A DNA stretch of 41,692 nt, taken from NCBI GenBank assembly GCA_030141605.1, contig JAQGDQ010001429.1, positions 1 to 41,692 of the forward strand, in the 5' to 3' direction. Below, one piece after another: positions 24,801 through 36,800 of this stretch. How positions within the stretch are numbered: the stretch's first letter is position 1; each line of letters opens with the position of its first letter. This stretch comes from Tubiluchus corallicola. Lineage: Eukaryota; Animalia; Priapulida. Below the pieces are notes generated by a model. It made no database searches. It was not told the DNA's origin and saw only the letters and a list, made by a program, of their open reading frames with translations. A program made the translations under genes and the position numbers.

Positions 24801-27800
24801 CACAACAATAACGAATCAGTTGCACGAGTTCATCACATATTTTTTTTTCATTTTAGGCCTGCAGCCCCCATTTTCCCCAATTCGACAACCTGCATAGTCA
24901 TTGCATGCAAAGCGGGATCAACCAGACACTGACTAAATATAAGTGGAGGTTAGGGCCTCCCATCACTGATAGTCATGTTACCCCATTGTCAGAATTGGAA
25001 ACGGGGACGTTTTTCACAAGTCCTACCAACATGGCATTGGACAGCATTTTCTTTACATCTGGTAAGTGCATCTTAAGAAGTAAAAGTTTCACTTGAGAGG
25101 CATTTGTACAATACTTTAAAACATTTTGTAAGGTGCTTACAATCCCTCACACAATTTAAACGCTCTCATGGGCGTCGCCAGAGTATAAAATTTGACTCAC
25201 TGGGGACTAGGGGAGAGCACTGTAAGCTCCCCCAGCGGGGTTCGGCTATCAACGAACGTTCCTGTACTTAAGCACATTTTGAAGGCCTCAAATGAAATCT
25301 AAATTCTGATACACAGACTTCTTCAAACGTGAAAAATTCTGCTTTAGTAAATAGATTTTACGTACAATGCAGTTGACCCATGACTTAAGCTAAATTTATC
25401 TAATGTCAAGATTATTTACCCAGCAAAAGGTGGATAGTCAAACATAAAACTGATTTGAGACTGCTAAGTTTACAGCCCACCCACTGTTCATACAAAATTT
25501 AATTAGTTTGCGTGGGTGCTCATTTTTCCCACCAGACACAGCTAAACGACAGAACGTCTCGGCCTCACATGCATTTTACTGCATTTTAGACCATTTTGCG
25601 GTTGTTAGAAGCTATTTCCTCAGCAAGTTCACTAGTTTTAAACTCATTATAGTTATGAAAACAAACAAAGATTGATGTGTTTCTTGGTTTACTGCTAAAA
25701 ATTTTTATTTAGCCGTAAAAAAAATTTAACTTAAAAAATTCTGTGGACGCACGTGCATCCGCCTGCCGGCGCCCGTGAATACTCTAACCCTAATCCAAAC
25801 TCTGACCCTAATCCAAACTCTAACCCTAATCCAAACTCTAACCCTAATCCAAACTCTAACCCTAATCCAAACTTTAACTCTAATCCAAACTCTAACCCTA
25901 ATCCAAACTCTAACCCTAACCATAATCTGCTTTACGAACTAATATTCTTGTGCGTGGGAATTGTAAATTTTAGCCAACATTTTTATCTTCTTATTGTGTG
26001 CAATATCTTGTTATATCTTTTTATCTAGATTTGTTTTTACTAATATTTTCATGTGAACAAATTGCTGTACAGGTAGCAGAGTTCAGTGTGTTGCTCAAGC
26101 AGTAGATGAGAAGGGCAGACTTGGCCAAGAATCGTACAGCGATGTCCAGATAGTTGATGAGAATATGCTCTGTCCAGCTAGAGATAGGGAAACATTTGGA
26201 GAAAAGGCATTTTCTGCGGATCTGCACTACACAGGCAAGGAAATTGGAGTAGTGGAATTGATTAAAATGTGGCAAGACAGTGCATGTGTAAAAATTAAAA
26301 ATGAAAGCAAGGACATTGTTGAAAGACACAGTAAATTATCATTTTTCAAATGGTAATTTTAAACTTCTAATTTCAAAAATGGGTGCTTGACTTTACTAAT
26401 TACTAATGGATGGAGGAACGTTTTGTCTCTAGTTATGATATTATGTAATATACATTATATAATATAATATATTATGTTATGTTATGTTATGTTATGTCAT
26501 GTCATGTCATGTCATGTCATGTCATGTCATGTCATGTCATGTCATGTCATGTCATGTCATGTCATGTCATGTCATGTCATGTCATGTCATGTCATATCAT
26601 ATCATATCATATCATATTATATTATAAAATTAATAATTACTAAATTAGCAAACTGGGAAGAATAGCTTTCCTATGTGCTTTATTATTATTATTTATTGTT
26701 TGTTTATTAAATATATCCACAATGATCATTACAGCATAGCAGTCCAAAAGAATTTATTAACATATTTATTATCATGTACATAAGATGCCAAGGTGCAGAT
26801 GACCCATGGGGTACTCAAGAAGTAATTATTTGTTGAGAGCACCCCAAATGAATGTGGATTGAGTGAAGTAGCAAACAGCAATAAAGGAGTAGAAAAGAAA
26901 AGTTAATAGAGAATAGAAAGAAAGAGAAAGATGTGATGGTGATGCGATTCTTATTGATATAAACAGTATGCTCTTTTTGTATCATCCTCTCATTAGAAGT
27001 TATCTGGTACATCTGAATTTTAAATTTGACCTTAAATTGAAACCAAGGTCAAATTTGACAACTCCAATGGAGAGTCTATGCACATGTATCAGAAAAAACT
27101 GAACTTGGCCCTGTAACATCAATCAACAACTATTGAAACGCCATCAATAGAAAGATCTAATATGGGTTCATATGACTGACATGGAGCAACCACTGTGTAG
27201 CTACCCTTTCAATTAGGCGTAATAAAAATGAAACTTCTGAAAAAACTACACCTTGCTATTTACAATTTATTTTCTGCGTTACAGGTTCAAGCTCTACTGA
27301 CCTAGAGCTCTCAAACAAGTTTCGTTTGACAGTATCCATTTCCCACGAGGATGGAATGGTTCCAATCATCTCTGCAAGAAAAATGTCAAATTTTACTTTA
27401 AATACCAGTGACATTAGTAACCATGCAGTGCCCTGTTCTAATATTCTGATGCTTAATGACCTTGACACTGAACAAGGAGCAACGAATCAATCAGAAATGT
27501 AGGTAAAGGGTGTCTTATAAGCATGAAAAGCATGATGTGCTGCCCTCGGTCTTTTTGAGTTTGTGCAATGCTATCAGCTACATTGCATTTTATGTTGTAC
27601 ACAGTCTCACCAACGCTCATACAACATTTGTTGTATTTTAATATACAATTAAAAATATTGAAATCACAATACAAAATATGCACATAGAATGCTTTGCTTA
27701 AAAATGTAAAAGAAATTTAAATATTTTTTATCTCCCGCCAAATGAACGTCGCTGCCGGCATGTTTGAAAAAAATGACGTAAGCTGGTGTCTGTTGGGCAG

Positions 27801-30800
27801 CGTGAATGCTGTGAAGGCAAGCTGTGTGAAGGTACGCGTTGAGAAATTTCTACAGTTCACACAGAAGTTCAGTGATTCTAGCGTTGTATTTAACTGTGTT
27901 CATGTAAAAATTGATCATGTGATCAAAAATGACCAAGATTAAAGTGGCTACATAGCTTTAACTCACAGGATTATACCATAAAATGTGTAAGTAGTGTAAC
28001 TTTAATTGCGTAAGTGTAATTAATTTCCAGACTTTTTGTTGACTTTCAGATGCGCATGTAAACTTGCGAGCATACAGTAGGTACCGGGTGGGTTACACAG
28101 TTTTAAAATTCGTTTTATAACATTTTTCTCAAATATTCGAATAAGCTCAACTTCCCGAGAGACTTGGCTTTTGCTTAATGTAATAGGAAGGTGCAAACAA
28201 AATATTATTTTCCATTATTATTGCCAATTTAGCTACAAAATCATAATATTAGAATCTAAATTCAATGTTTAAATAATGAGAACAACTGCATCATTTCTAG
28301 GATAGAAAGTTAAACGTTCTTGCAAATAGGAAGACACAAGTGTGTTAGCTTAATCTTTTAAATAATTATTTTATCAATGTAACTAGGGAAGATGTTGAAA
28401 TGAACCAACTGCTTGAAAGTGAGGAGAAAATGCGAGGTAAAAGAGCAGCTAGATTCTACAAGCATCTAAACGTAAAGACCTGCAGATGGACTTTTATCAC
28501 TTACTTTGATTTGTCAGAACTCCTGGAAGACTGTGGAGGAGAAATGTCTTTAAGTTCGAAGGTATTGATTTTTTGCTTTGAATAATTATAGCTGTCCCAG
28601 CTTATCATTTCATTACGGTGTTTGATTTTCAAGACATTTGCTGCTTATAAACTACAGTTAATAAATTCCTTGTTAATTTTTCAAGGCTTTGTGAAAGTAT
28701 CTGTGTTTAAACTTTAAAAAGAAGCTATTTGAATTCCAAATATTGTTTACTGAGAGCATCATAATCCTTTTTATATATTTGTAGTTTCTGAAATTGATGT
28801 AAATCAGCGGTTTTCAATAACAAGCAGTGTTGTAAGTGTAAGCAAAAGGATTCATTAAAAGTTGAGTCAATGTTTTCATGAGCTATGTAAACAATTTCAA
28901 AACGGTAACAAAACACTAGTATTGATTTTTATATTATTAAACGGCCATATAGCAGCGGTTATTTGTCTTTTCGGCACTGAGAAATTATCTCCACCATTAT
29001 CACCATTAGCATCAATTTATTATCGTTGTCATCACCATCACCATTGTTTTCAGCATTAATATCACCATCGTTGACATCATTAGCATCAACGTCATCAACA
29101 TAGTCATTATCATTTTCTCGCATCTGTTTGCTTCGCTCCATTTAACATATTTTTTTGTTGTTTATGTCATTAATGAAGTCTTATTCATTGAGCTTATTCA
29201 TTATTCGTTGAATTTAGCTTATAAATTAATTTCTTCTGCTACTCATAGCACTGTAATGCATTGTTAATTAGTAATTTTATAACTTTATTTTTGCATGTGC
29301 TAAATGGATGATTAGGGCATTGAAGATTTGACACGAGGGCCGCTTTTAGTCTTTCACCAACCTTTTTCCACATTTAAACAACTTAATAATATTGTACTAA
29401 TTTGTGATGTTTGGACATAATATTGTGGAAATAAAGCACATCTGAATGTGAAATTTAAAATCAAGGCTAAAAGTCCTTTTAAAATCGTTGAGCCTTCAAG
29501 CCTAATTTGAGTAATTTTAGTAAACTGACCATCTAACGCTAGAATTTTTATAAGTTGTTTATTTTACTGTTATCATTTAAACTTAGAAAAATATAACAAA
29601 GAAATTTGCAGAGAACTATCTATAAAGCATATATTTAAAATATACTATCTCTGAATAGAAATTGTCAGGCTCGGTGGTTGCCGCCATTCACTTGAAAATC
29701 ATGACGTAACTGGGAGACTTCGTGAGTTTTCGTGAGCGAGTCGTGGCTTTCCGTAAGCGCTCTGCTTAAACAAATTCAAATTTCCTCAGCTCGCCTAATG
29801 TTCAAAAAAATATTACAAAATTAGCTATCTAATTTTTTAGTAAAAACCTCTTATACTTCTTGTAATGATTGATAGTGCGCTAGTTTTCTTCAAGACGAAT
29901 GACGTCATTGGATGAGTGGGCATTGAAAATGGGAGCGCCCAAGCATCTTTAAAGTGATTTTACTAATTACACGAAGCACTCACCGCAGTTTTATTACGAA
30001 ATCCTTCGAACGTTTTTCACGAACAGTGAAATAAGAGTAACCATCTAGAAGGGGGGTTGGCCTTTACTTTAAGGCATATTATATATATAAACTTTCGTAT
30101 GTTGATATATTAATTCCTGTATATACAACACCATTAGATATACCAGTCAGTAAATATGACAGATTTATAGAAACAAGTGCGTTGGCTCTTCTACTTGGAA
30201 GAGGTTGCAAATCATTTAAATACAGGATAGGTATAACTGATTCAGATCTGTGTGTTTGCGGTTTGGGCAGTCAAACCCCAGAACATTTAATTTTTCATTG
30301 TCCGTTACCATTGGTTAGACAAGATATAAGAGTAAATCTCGAACGCAGCTTAGAAAATAATGACATTCGAAACATTGACAGAAAGAGAGACACTAATGTA
30401 GTTAAAATGTATATAGATATTGTAAAAGAACTTACCCAAAACGATCTTATTGTAAATTGATTATAAATATTTGACATATATTTAGAATAAGTAAATCGTA
30501 ATGCAAAATTGTCAGCTTGTTTAGTAAGAAAATTATTTAATGTACGTAGTGTACGTAGACTTATTTAACATTTTTGTACTTTTGTGCCCTGCAAATAGAG
30601 GGCTTGTTGTATCATTTTCAATAAAGATTTTTAATAATAATAATAAGGCATAAATGAAGCCAGAGATCAAGACAAAAAGAAAATAGATTTGTTAAGATGA
30701 TAGAGAGGCGGAAGAACAAACGTAATAAACAAAAACCGACTCTGAAAAGGAAAATACAAAGAAGCAGAGGAGGCAAGAGCAAACAAGGGAGTATGGGAAT

Positions 30801-33800
30801 GATTTCTAAATCCGGGAAAACTTTGTTGGACAAAACTCATAGACAAAACGAACTCGGCAAAGCAGGACTATATTCTTTTAATTATGTCAGAAATTTATTT
30901 TGTAGAGCAAGCAGCTAATGCAACCCATAGTGACTTTGTTACTGCCAGTGCATGTCACTCGAATCTCCTTTGCTCCACACTTTCAAGAGCATCATTCGAA
31001 AACAACTTTGAGACTTTCTTTTGCATACGGCACTGGCGTTATGTGGAAACATGGTATTCTGTCGACTAGTAATAGTGACTTAAATGGTGAGTATTGTTAT
31101 AATTCCTGCTCATTAATAGAATTATCGTTATCGTCATCATCGTTGTTATGATCATGACTGCCATCAACATCCACATCATCATCATCGCTTGACGCGCAAG
31201 GGAAGACGCCTGCCATTGCACAAACTGTGGTTAGTTTCTGACGTAAGCAATAGCTGTGCTCGGTTGCAGTTAATTAACTTTCTAAGCTAATTATTCAAAT
31301 ATAAGAAACAATTGCTAACTTTTATAGGCAAGAAAATGTACATTTTGGACAGTAAATTAAAATGAGATTGAGTCTAAACAATCGTTCGGGTTTCCTTTGA
31401 CACCATTATGTTATTTGAGAGTTTTAGGTCTAAATAAATCATTGAACGCTCGATTTTGATTAAGCCAGTCTAGTAATGTGTATGTGTGAAAGCAGTCTTG
31501 TTCCGCCTTGCGAAGTTCCTGTGTAAAAATTTTATTTTCTCTTTTTCTTTGTTGTTTCATTGTTAACGTTTTTTTTTCTGTGCACAATAAATCATTTCAG
31601 GACGTTTGTATCCGAATAAGATCAACATTCAACACAGTGGGAAACTAGAAGTGCACTTTCAATCTGAACCGCTATTTACTGGCAAATTTCTCTCATTTGC
31701 AAAAGGTAAAACTGGTATTAAGAGTAATCGTATATCTTAGTAAATATCAGGTGTGCCAAAAAATGAGCCAAAGTTTTGATCACGATACGATAAGAAGAAA
31801 GTAATGGAATTACTTGAAAATTAATGATGTTACAGACGTTTAGTTTATGTAAAAACAAAAAAAAATTTAGGTCATTTCCTTAAAGAAGTTTTAAATCAAC
31901 AGGTCAAAAATATAAATGCCAAAAAACGTCAGTCTTGTAATTTGCAGAAGCTGTTGCGTGTTTCCACTAATTTCAGTGCATAGAGAAAGCAATCTCTCCA
32001 ATAGCTGATGCAGTACTTATCGTGATAGCTTCTCATTGCCTTAAGAGGTGTTTGATCCCAGCACTGAACAAGTTTTGCTTTTAGTTCTTCTGCATCGATG
32101 TGTCCACCATTTTCCCTGCAAACTAAGCAAAGACATTTCTTTCAATGACTACTGTTTCATACTTCTTTAAGAGGTATTTGGTCTCAGCACTGAACAACTT
32201 TTGTTTTTACTTCTTCTGCATCAGACGGCACGGTACGGCCATTGTACACTTTCTATTGAAAGGAATTTATTACATTTGTCCAGATACGTTAACCCAGAAG
32301 ATTAAGTACCATTTTTTCTTCGCAACAAATCTGCATCAGTGATTTATTTTCTGTGGAAAAGACCATGACGTAAACAAATTGATTTCTTTATTGTTTTGTT
32401 GTCATGCATTGAGTGCTTTATACGTCTTCAGTTGATGATTATAGCTGACATTGTTCCTGTCATTTAGTTTTTTAAAATGCATAAATGTTTTATCCATGAC
32501 TTAAAAGCCAGTAAAACTATAAACCTGTAACTTTCATAGTTAAAGTTAATGTGTTGTAATATCATTCTGTGAAATGTCAACTTTATAATAGAGGCACTTG
32601 CCTCTTCTAGTCTATACTTCAGAACGTTTTTTTTCTGCATCACCCGGTATAATAGAGCTGGTTTGTTGGTCCTTGTGTCCATCTGATTTGTTTGGCTCAG
32701 GGGCAGGAGATGTGGCAAGCAGGGGGGCGCAAAAATTTTCTGGGGGGGGGGGCGAGGTATCCGAAGTGGTTAAATAATGGTTAAGCCTATTTTAACCCCT
32801 TTTATACTGCATGCAGGCTTATAATTAGCGTGTGTAGGGCGGCGTAGCGGACAAAGCAATAATGAGAAAATTAACTCTCAGTTAACCTAACGTTATTAAT
32901 GTGCCTCTAACTAAATTGTTATTTACAGAAATTTATCACACACAAGTTTTAAGAAAATAATACACTAAAGCTACCAAACATTTTTTTACCTAATTCTAAT
33001 TCATATTGAAAACGATTACATGCGAACTGCAATTTTCACTGCAAAAAAAATATTTGTCCGATTTTGCAGGGGGGGGCGCAAATTTTCACAAGGGGGGCGT
33101 TCGCCCCCAACCCCCCTCGCTCCCCCTAGTTCCACCCCTGGTTTGGCTGTCACACGTGACCATTGAAATGAGTGGATAAAGACAAGATTAAGCAATTTGC
33201 AAGTAGCCTCATTTGTGTGCTTCCTTAGTTATCTCCACTTGGTAATTTATTGGTTTATTGGAATTTTATTATAGTTTGCTCTAATCAAACTATAAAAGTC
33301 AAATCAAAAACAGATTATTACCCTGTTACCTTCTTGTCATTTGTTACTGGTAACTCTTTACTTATTTTCGTTTCGTATGAATACCTGTTGTGGCCATTAT
33401 AACTTTATTGTCAAGTTTAAAGATTTACACAAACCAGTAATACAAAAACAAGTAAGGAAACACTGGAAAACTTTAACCCTTTCATATCCGTTATATCCCG
33501 TGGGATACGAGAATATTTTCTGCCTTTAAAATTAATAAAATTTTAAAACTGACAGTTATTTGATCTGTTTATAGTTATTTTGATTTAAGCCAATAACAAT
33601 AGACTAAAAATGGTGATAAAATGGCAAACTAGAAAATCTGCATAGCATAAAAACTGCGCGAGGTACAGTACTTTAGAGACGACTTTGTACAGATCAGCAT
33701 AGCATGCATACTAAATGTCTTAAATACTTTAAAAAATTATCAGCAGTTGCAAAATGAAGCAGATTTTATGCTTCCATTGAATCCCAATGTATCCGGTGGG

Positions 33801-36800
33801 ATACAGGCTATATTTAGCACGCGGGCACAGGTAGAAAAAAAATTATTATGTGTAAACAAGATGGACATACTGAACAAAAGTACCAAGCCAAAAAATTTTT
33901 TGGGACTGAAAGGGTTAAGCAAAATTATAATTCATTTAAATTGTTCCAGCTTATACTTCTACCAGCCTGTCATATAAGTAAGGAATTCAGACTGACGCAC
34001 TCTTTGACACTCATACCAACCATAAAATGTCAGTGGAGCTGGGGGGGGGGCGAAAAACTGGAAACCTGGGTGCTAACTGATACAAGCAACTTTTTTCTTC
34101 AGTTGACGGAGTAACAGTTGAATCAGGAGTACGACATCTTAACCACAATGACCTTACTTTCACTTTGGAACTCGTTAAGAACCAGACATTAAAGAGTTCG
34201 AAACAACACTGGAAATTTGTGTCAGACTTTGCTGTATGTATACATTATCTCTTTTCTGTTTCGTTACAAAGTTACGAGATTTTGATTGAATGCTACTATT
34301 ATTATGAGATATATAAAATACAGAGATTACAAAATGGTCATGGAGATAGTTATAATAGTTGTAATAAACGTTTGTAGAAAAATATAACGGTTTAAATGAT
34401 TTCAGGTTCCTGATTGCACTGGGGTGTACTTAATCACTCTAGTTCCTTGCGTAGTTGTTCAGGAAGTTTCCCTAATGAAACCGTTAAACTGCACACCACA
34501 GTCACCTCTGAAATTTGAAGTAGACATTAGCCTGCAGCAAGTTAGCAATGCAGTGCCACCAAAATTCAGTCTGGGAGTCCACCTCCAACTTTCTAGCAAT
34601 AAGACCATGTGGCTGGCTAGAACAGAGAATTACACGGACATCTACAATTCAGATTCAGATTTCAAAATCGGTGAGTGAATAAAAGGTAATCAATAAAATC
34701 ACTTTAACATGTTTATTGAGCGACGATTGTTTTGGCTACTGAAGCCATTATCAAACAATAAATTAAATAGAAGAATAAATGATACATTAATGATACAAAG
34801 GCGCAAACTGATCTAATTTAACTTATCAAAATAGAATTGCAGAGAAATGTATAAAATGTACTTTTCTCTGCAATTTCTTCCGTTACAACCTCGTTTATTT
34901 TGATAAGTTAAATTATAATCTGTTGTTTTGTAGTTTCGGTTTGCGCCTTTGTATCATTAATGTATTGTTTATTATTCTATTTAATTTATTGTTTGATAAT
35001 GGCTTCAGTAGCCAAAACAATCGTCACTGAATAAACATGTTGATTCATAGAAGCTGTATCTTTCGTGCAAAATAACTTTAACTACCACTTTCTATTATCA
35101 AATTATTTCACCAGTGAAGTTCTGGAGAAATTTAATTTATTCTTTATTCTCACTGTGTGTTTTATGTTTCTCTGTTATGACTTTTCATATTATGTTTGTT
35201 TTAAGCAATTTTGTGGGCTGCCAGATCTTTTTTATTTACCTTTCATGTTGTCATGAAGTCGGTAAGTCTTACTTTTTCTCGCATGTTTTTTTAATTTACT
35301 TTCAGGTGACATGGTTTATGGTAAAATTATTTCTTCATCTGACCAAGAATTACAAAGAATCGAAATCGAAAAGGTGCTGCTCTGCACAGGACAAGATGGC
35401 TACCTACCAAGTTTCAACCCATCTGCAGAAGAGTATGGGTGCTTGGCTGAATCGCCATTGCTCTTGCATCAATACAAAATCTTGGTACGGTAAAGCAGAT
35501 GTCATTTCATTTACCCTAAAAGCGTTTGTAACATGAAATCACACGGTTTGATAACAGACGATAGAAATGATATCAACATTGATGACATTATTTACTTTCA
35601 ACTTTTGTGCTCGTTACCAGAAATCTCCGTTTTTATATTATAATTTTTATTGCAGTGTGCTAGACGCGCAACGCATTTTACATAAACTAATCTTTTTTGT
35701 TTCTTATAGGATCGCAAGTCTCCCTGGACTGTATACAAAGAAATCGGAGGAGCAAACTTTGGTGCTCAGTTCACGAAAGAATTCCTTCTGGAGACGACGT
35801 CTGGTTCCGACGGGTTCAAATTCAAGTCTAATCCTCTTCTCAAGGTCAAATCTTATTCATTGACTCATATAATACATTAACGTTAACATTAACATTACCT
35901 TCACCATCACAATTACCATTAATTACAATTAACATTATCATTAACGTTAGTTACATAAACAGCAACATTAAGACTCACATTAGCGTTAACATTAACATTA
36001 TCATTAACGTTAGTTACATAAACAGCAACATTAACCCTCACATTAGCATTAACATTATCATTAACGTTAGTTACATAAACAGCAACATTAACATTCACAT
36101 TCACATTAACATCAACATCAACATCAACATCAACATCAGCATCAACAACATCAACATCAACATCAACATCAACTTCAACTTCAACATCAGCATCAGCACC
36201 AACATGAACATGAACATGAACATGAACATTAACATTAACACTTGAAATACGAGAGACTTGTGAGACTCCTGAGACTTGTTCTCATTAACAGAATAAAACG
36301 TAATGCTGTTCATAGTTGGAAAGATTATAATATCCTTTTGGAAAGTCAACTCATTCAGTAGCTTTCGTCCTAGTGGGCCTCATCAGCTGAAAATAACAGC
36401 CAAGATGTTAGAAAAGTATGTACCAACGTAACAACATTAAAAAAACAAAACTAAACTAAACGTTTTAGCTACAATTTTGTTTTTTTCATGTTGTTACATT
36501 GGTACATACATTTGTACATACTTTATCTGTTATTTTCAGCTGATGAGGTTGGCGGGGGCGAAAGCTACTGAATAAATATTATAATCTTTCAAACTATAAA
36601 CAGCATTACGTTTTTCTCTGTTAATGACAAGTCTCAGGAGAACTCTCTCATATTTCAAGTGTTAATGTTAATGTTGATGTTAATGTTAAATGTTATGCTA
36701 ATTTTAATGTTACTGTTAATGTTCGTGTTAACGTTACTGTTAAAGGATTTGAGACTATAAAGGGCATTACGTTTTTCTCTATTAACATTAATATATAGCA

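Larger units (their letters stand above)
36180..36720. repeat. Long imperfect palindrome containing the two hammerhead motifs
   Basis: Arms match from the AACATT microsatellite through ACTTGAAATA, CCTGAGACTTGT, CGTAATGCTGTT, AAAGATTATAATAT to the HHR; centre about 36460. Confidence 0.85.

Noticed and set aside
25781-25921. True telomere or NPNS-repeat protein
   Set aside because: Internal, short, degenerate 18-mer array in an intron
27496-27502. Apparent in-frame TAG that would make the gene a pseudogene or readthrough case
   Set aside because: Splicing at AT|GTAGGT removes it and matches the phase of the next exon
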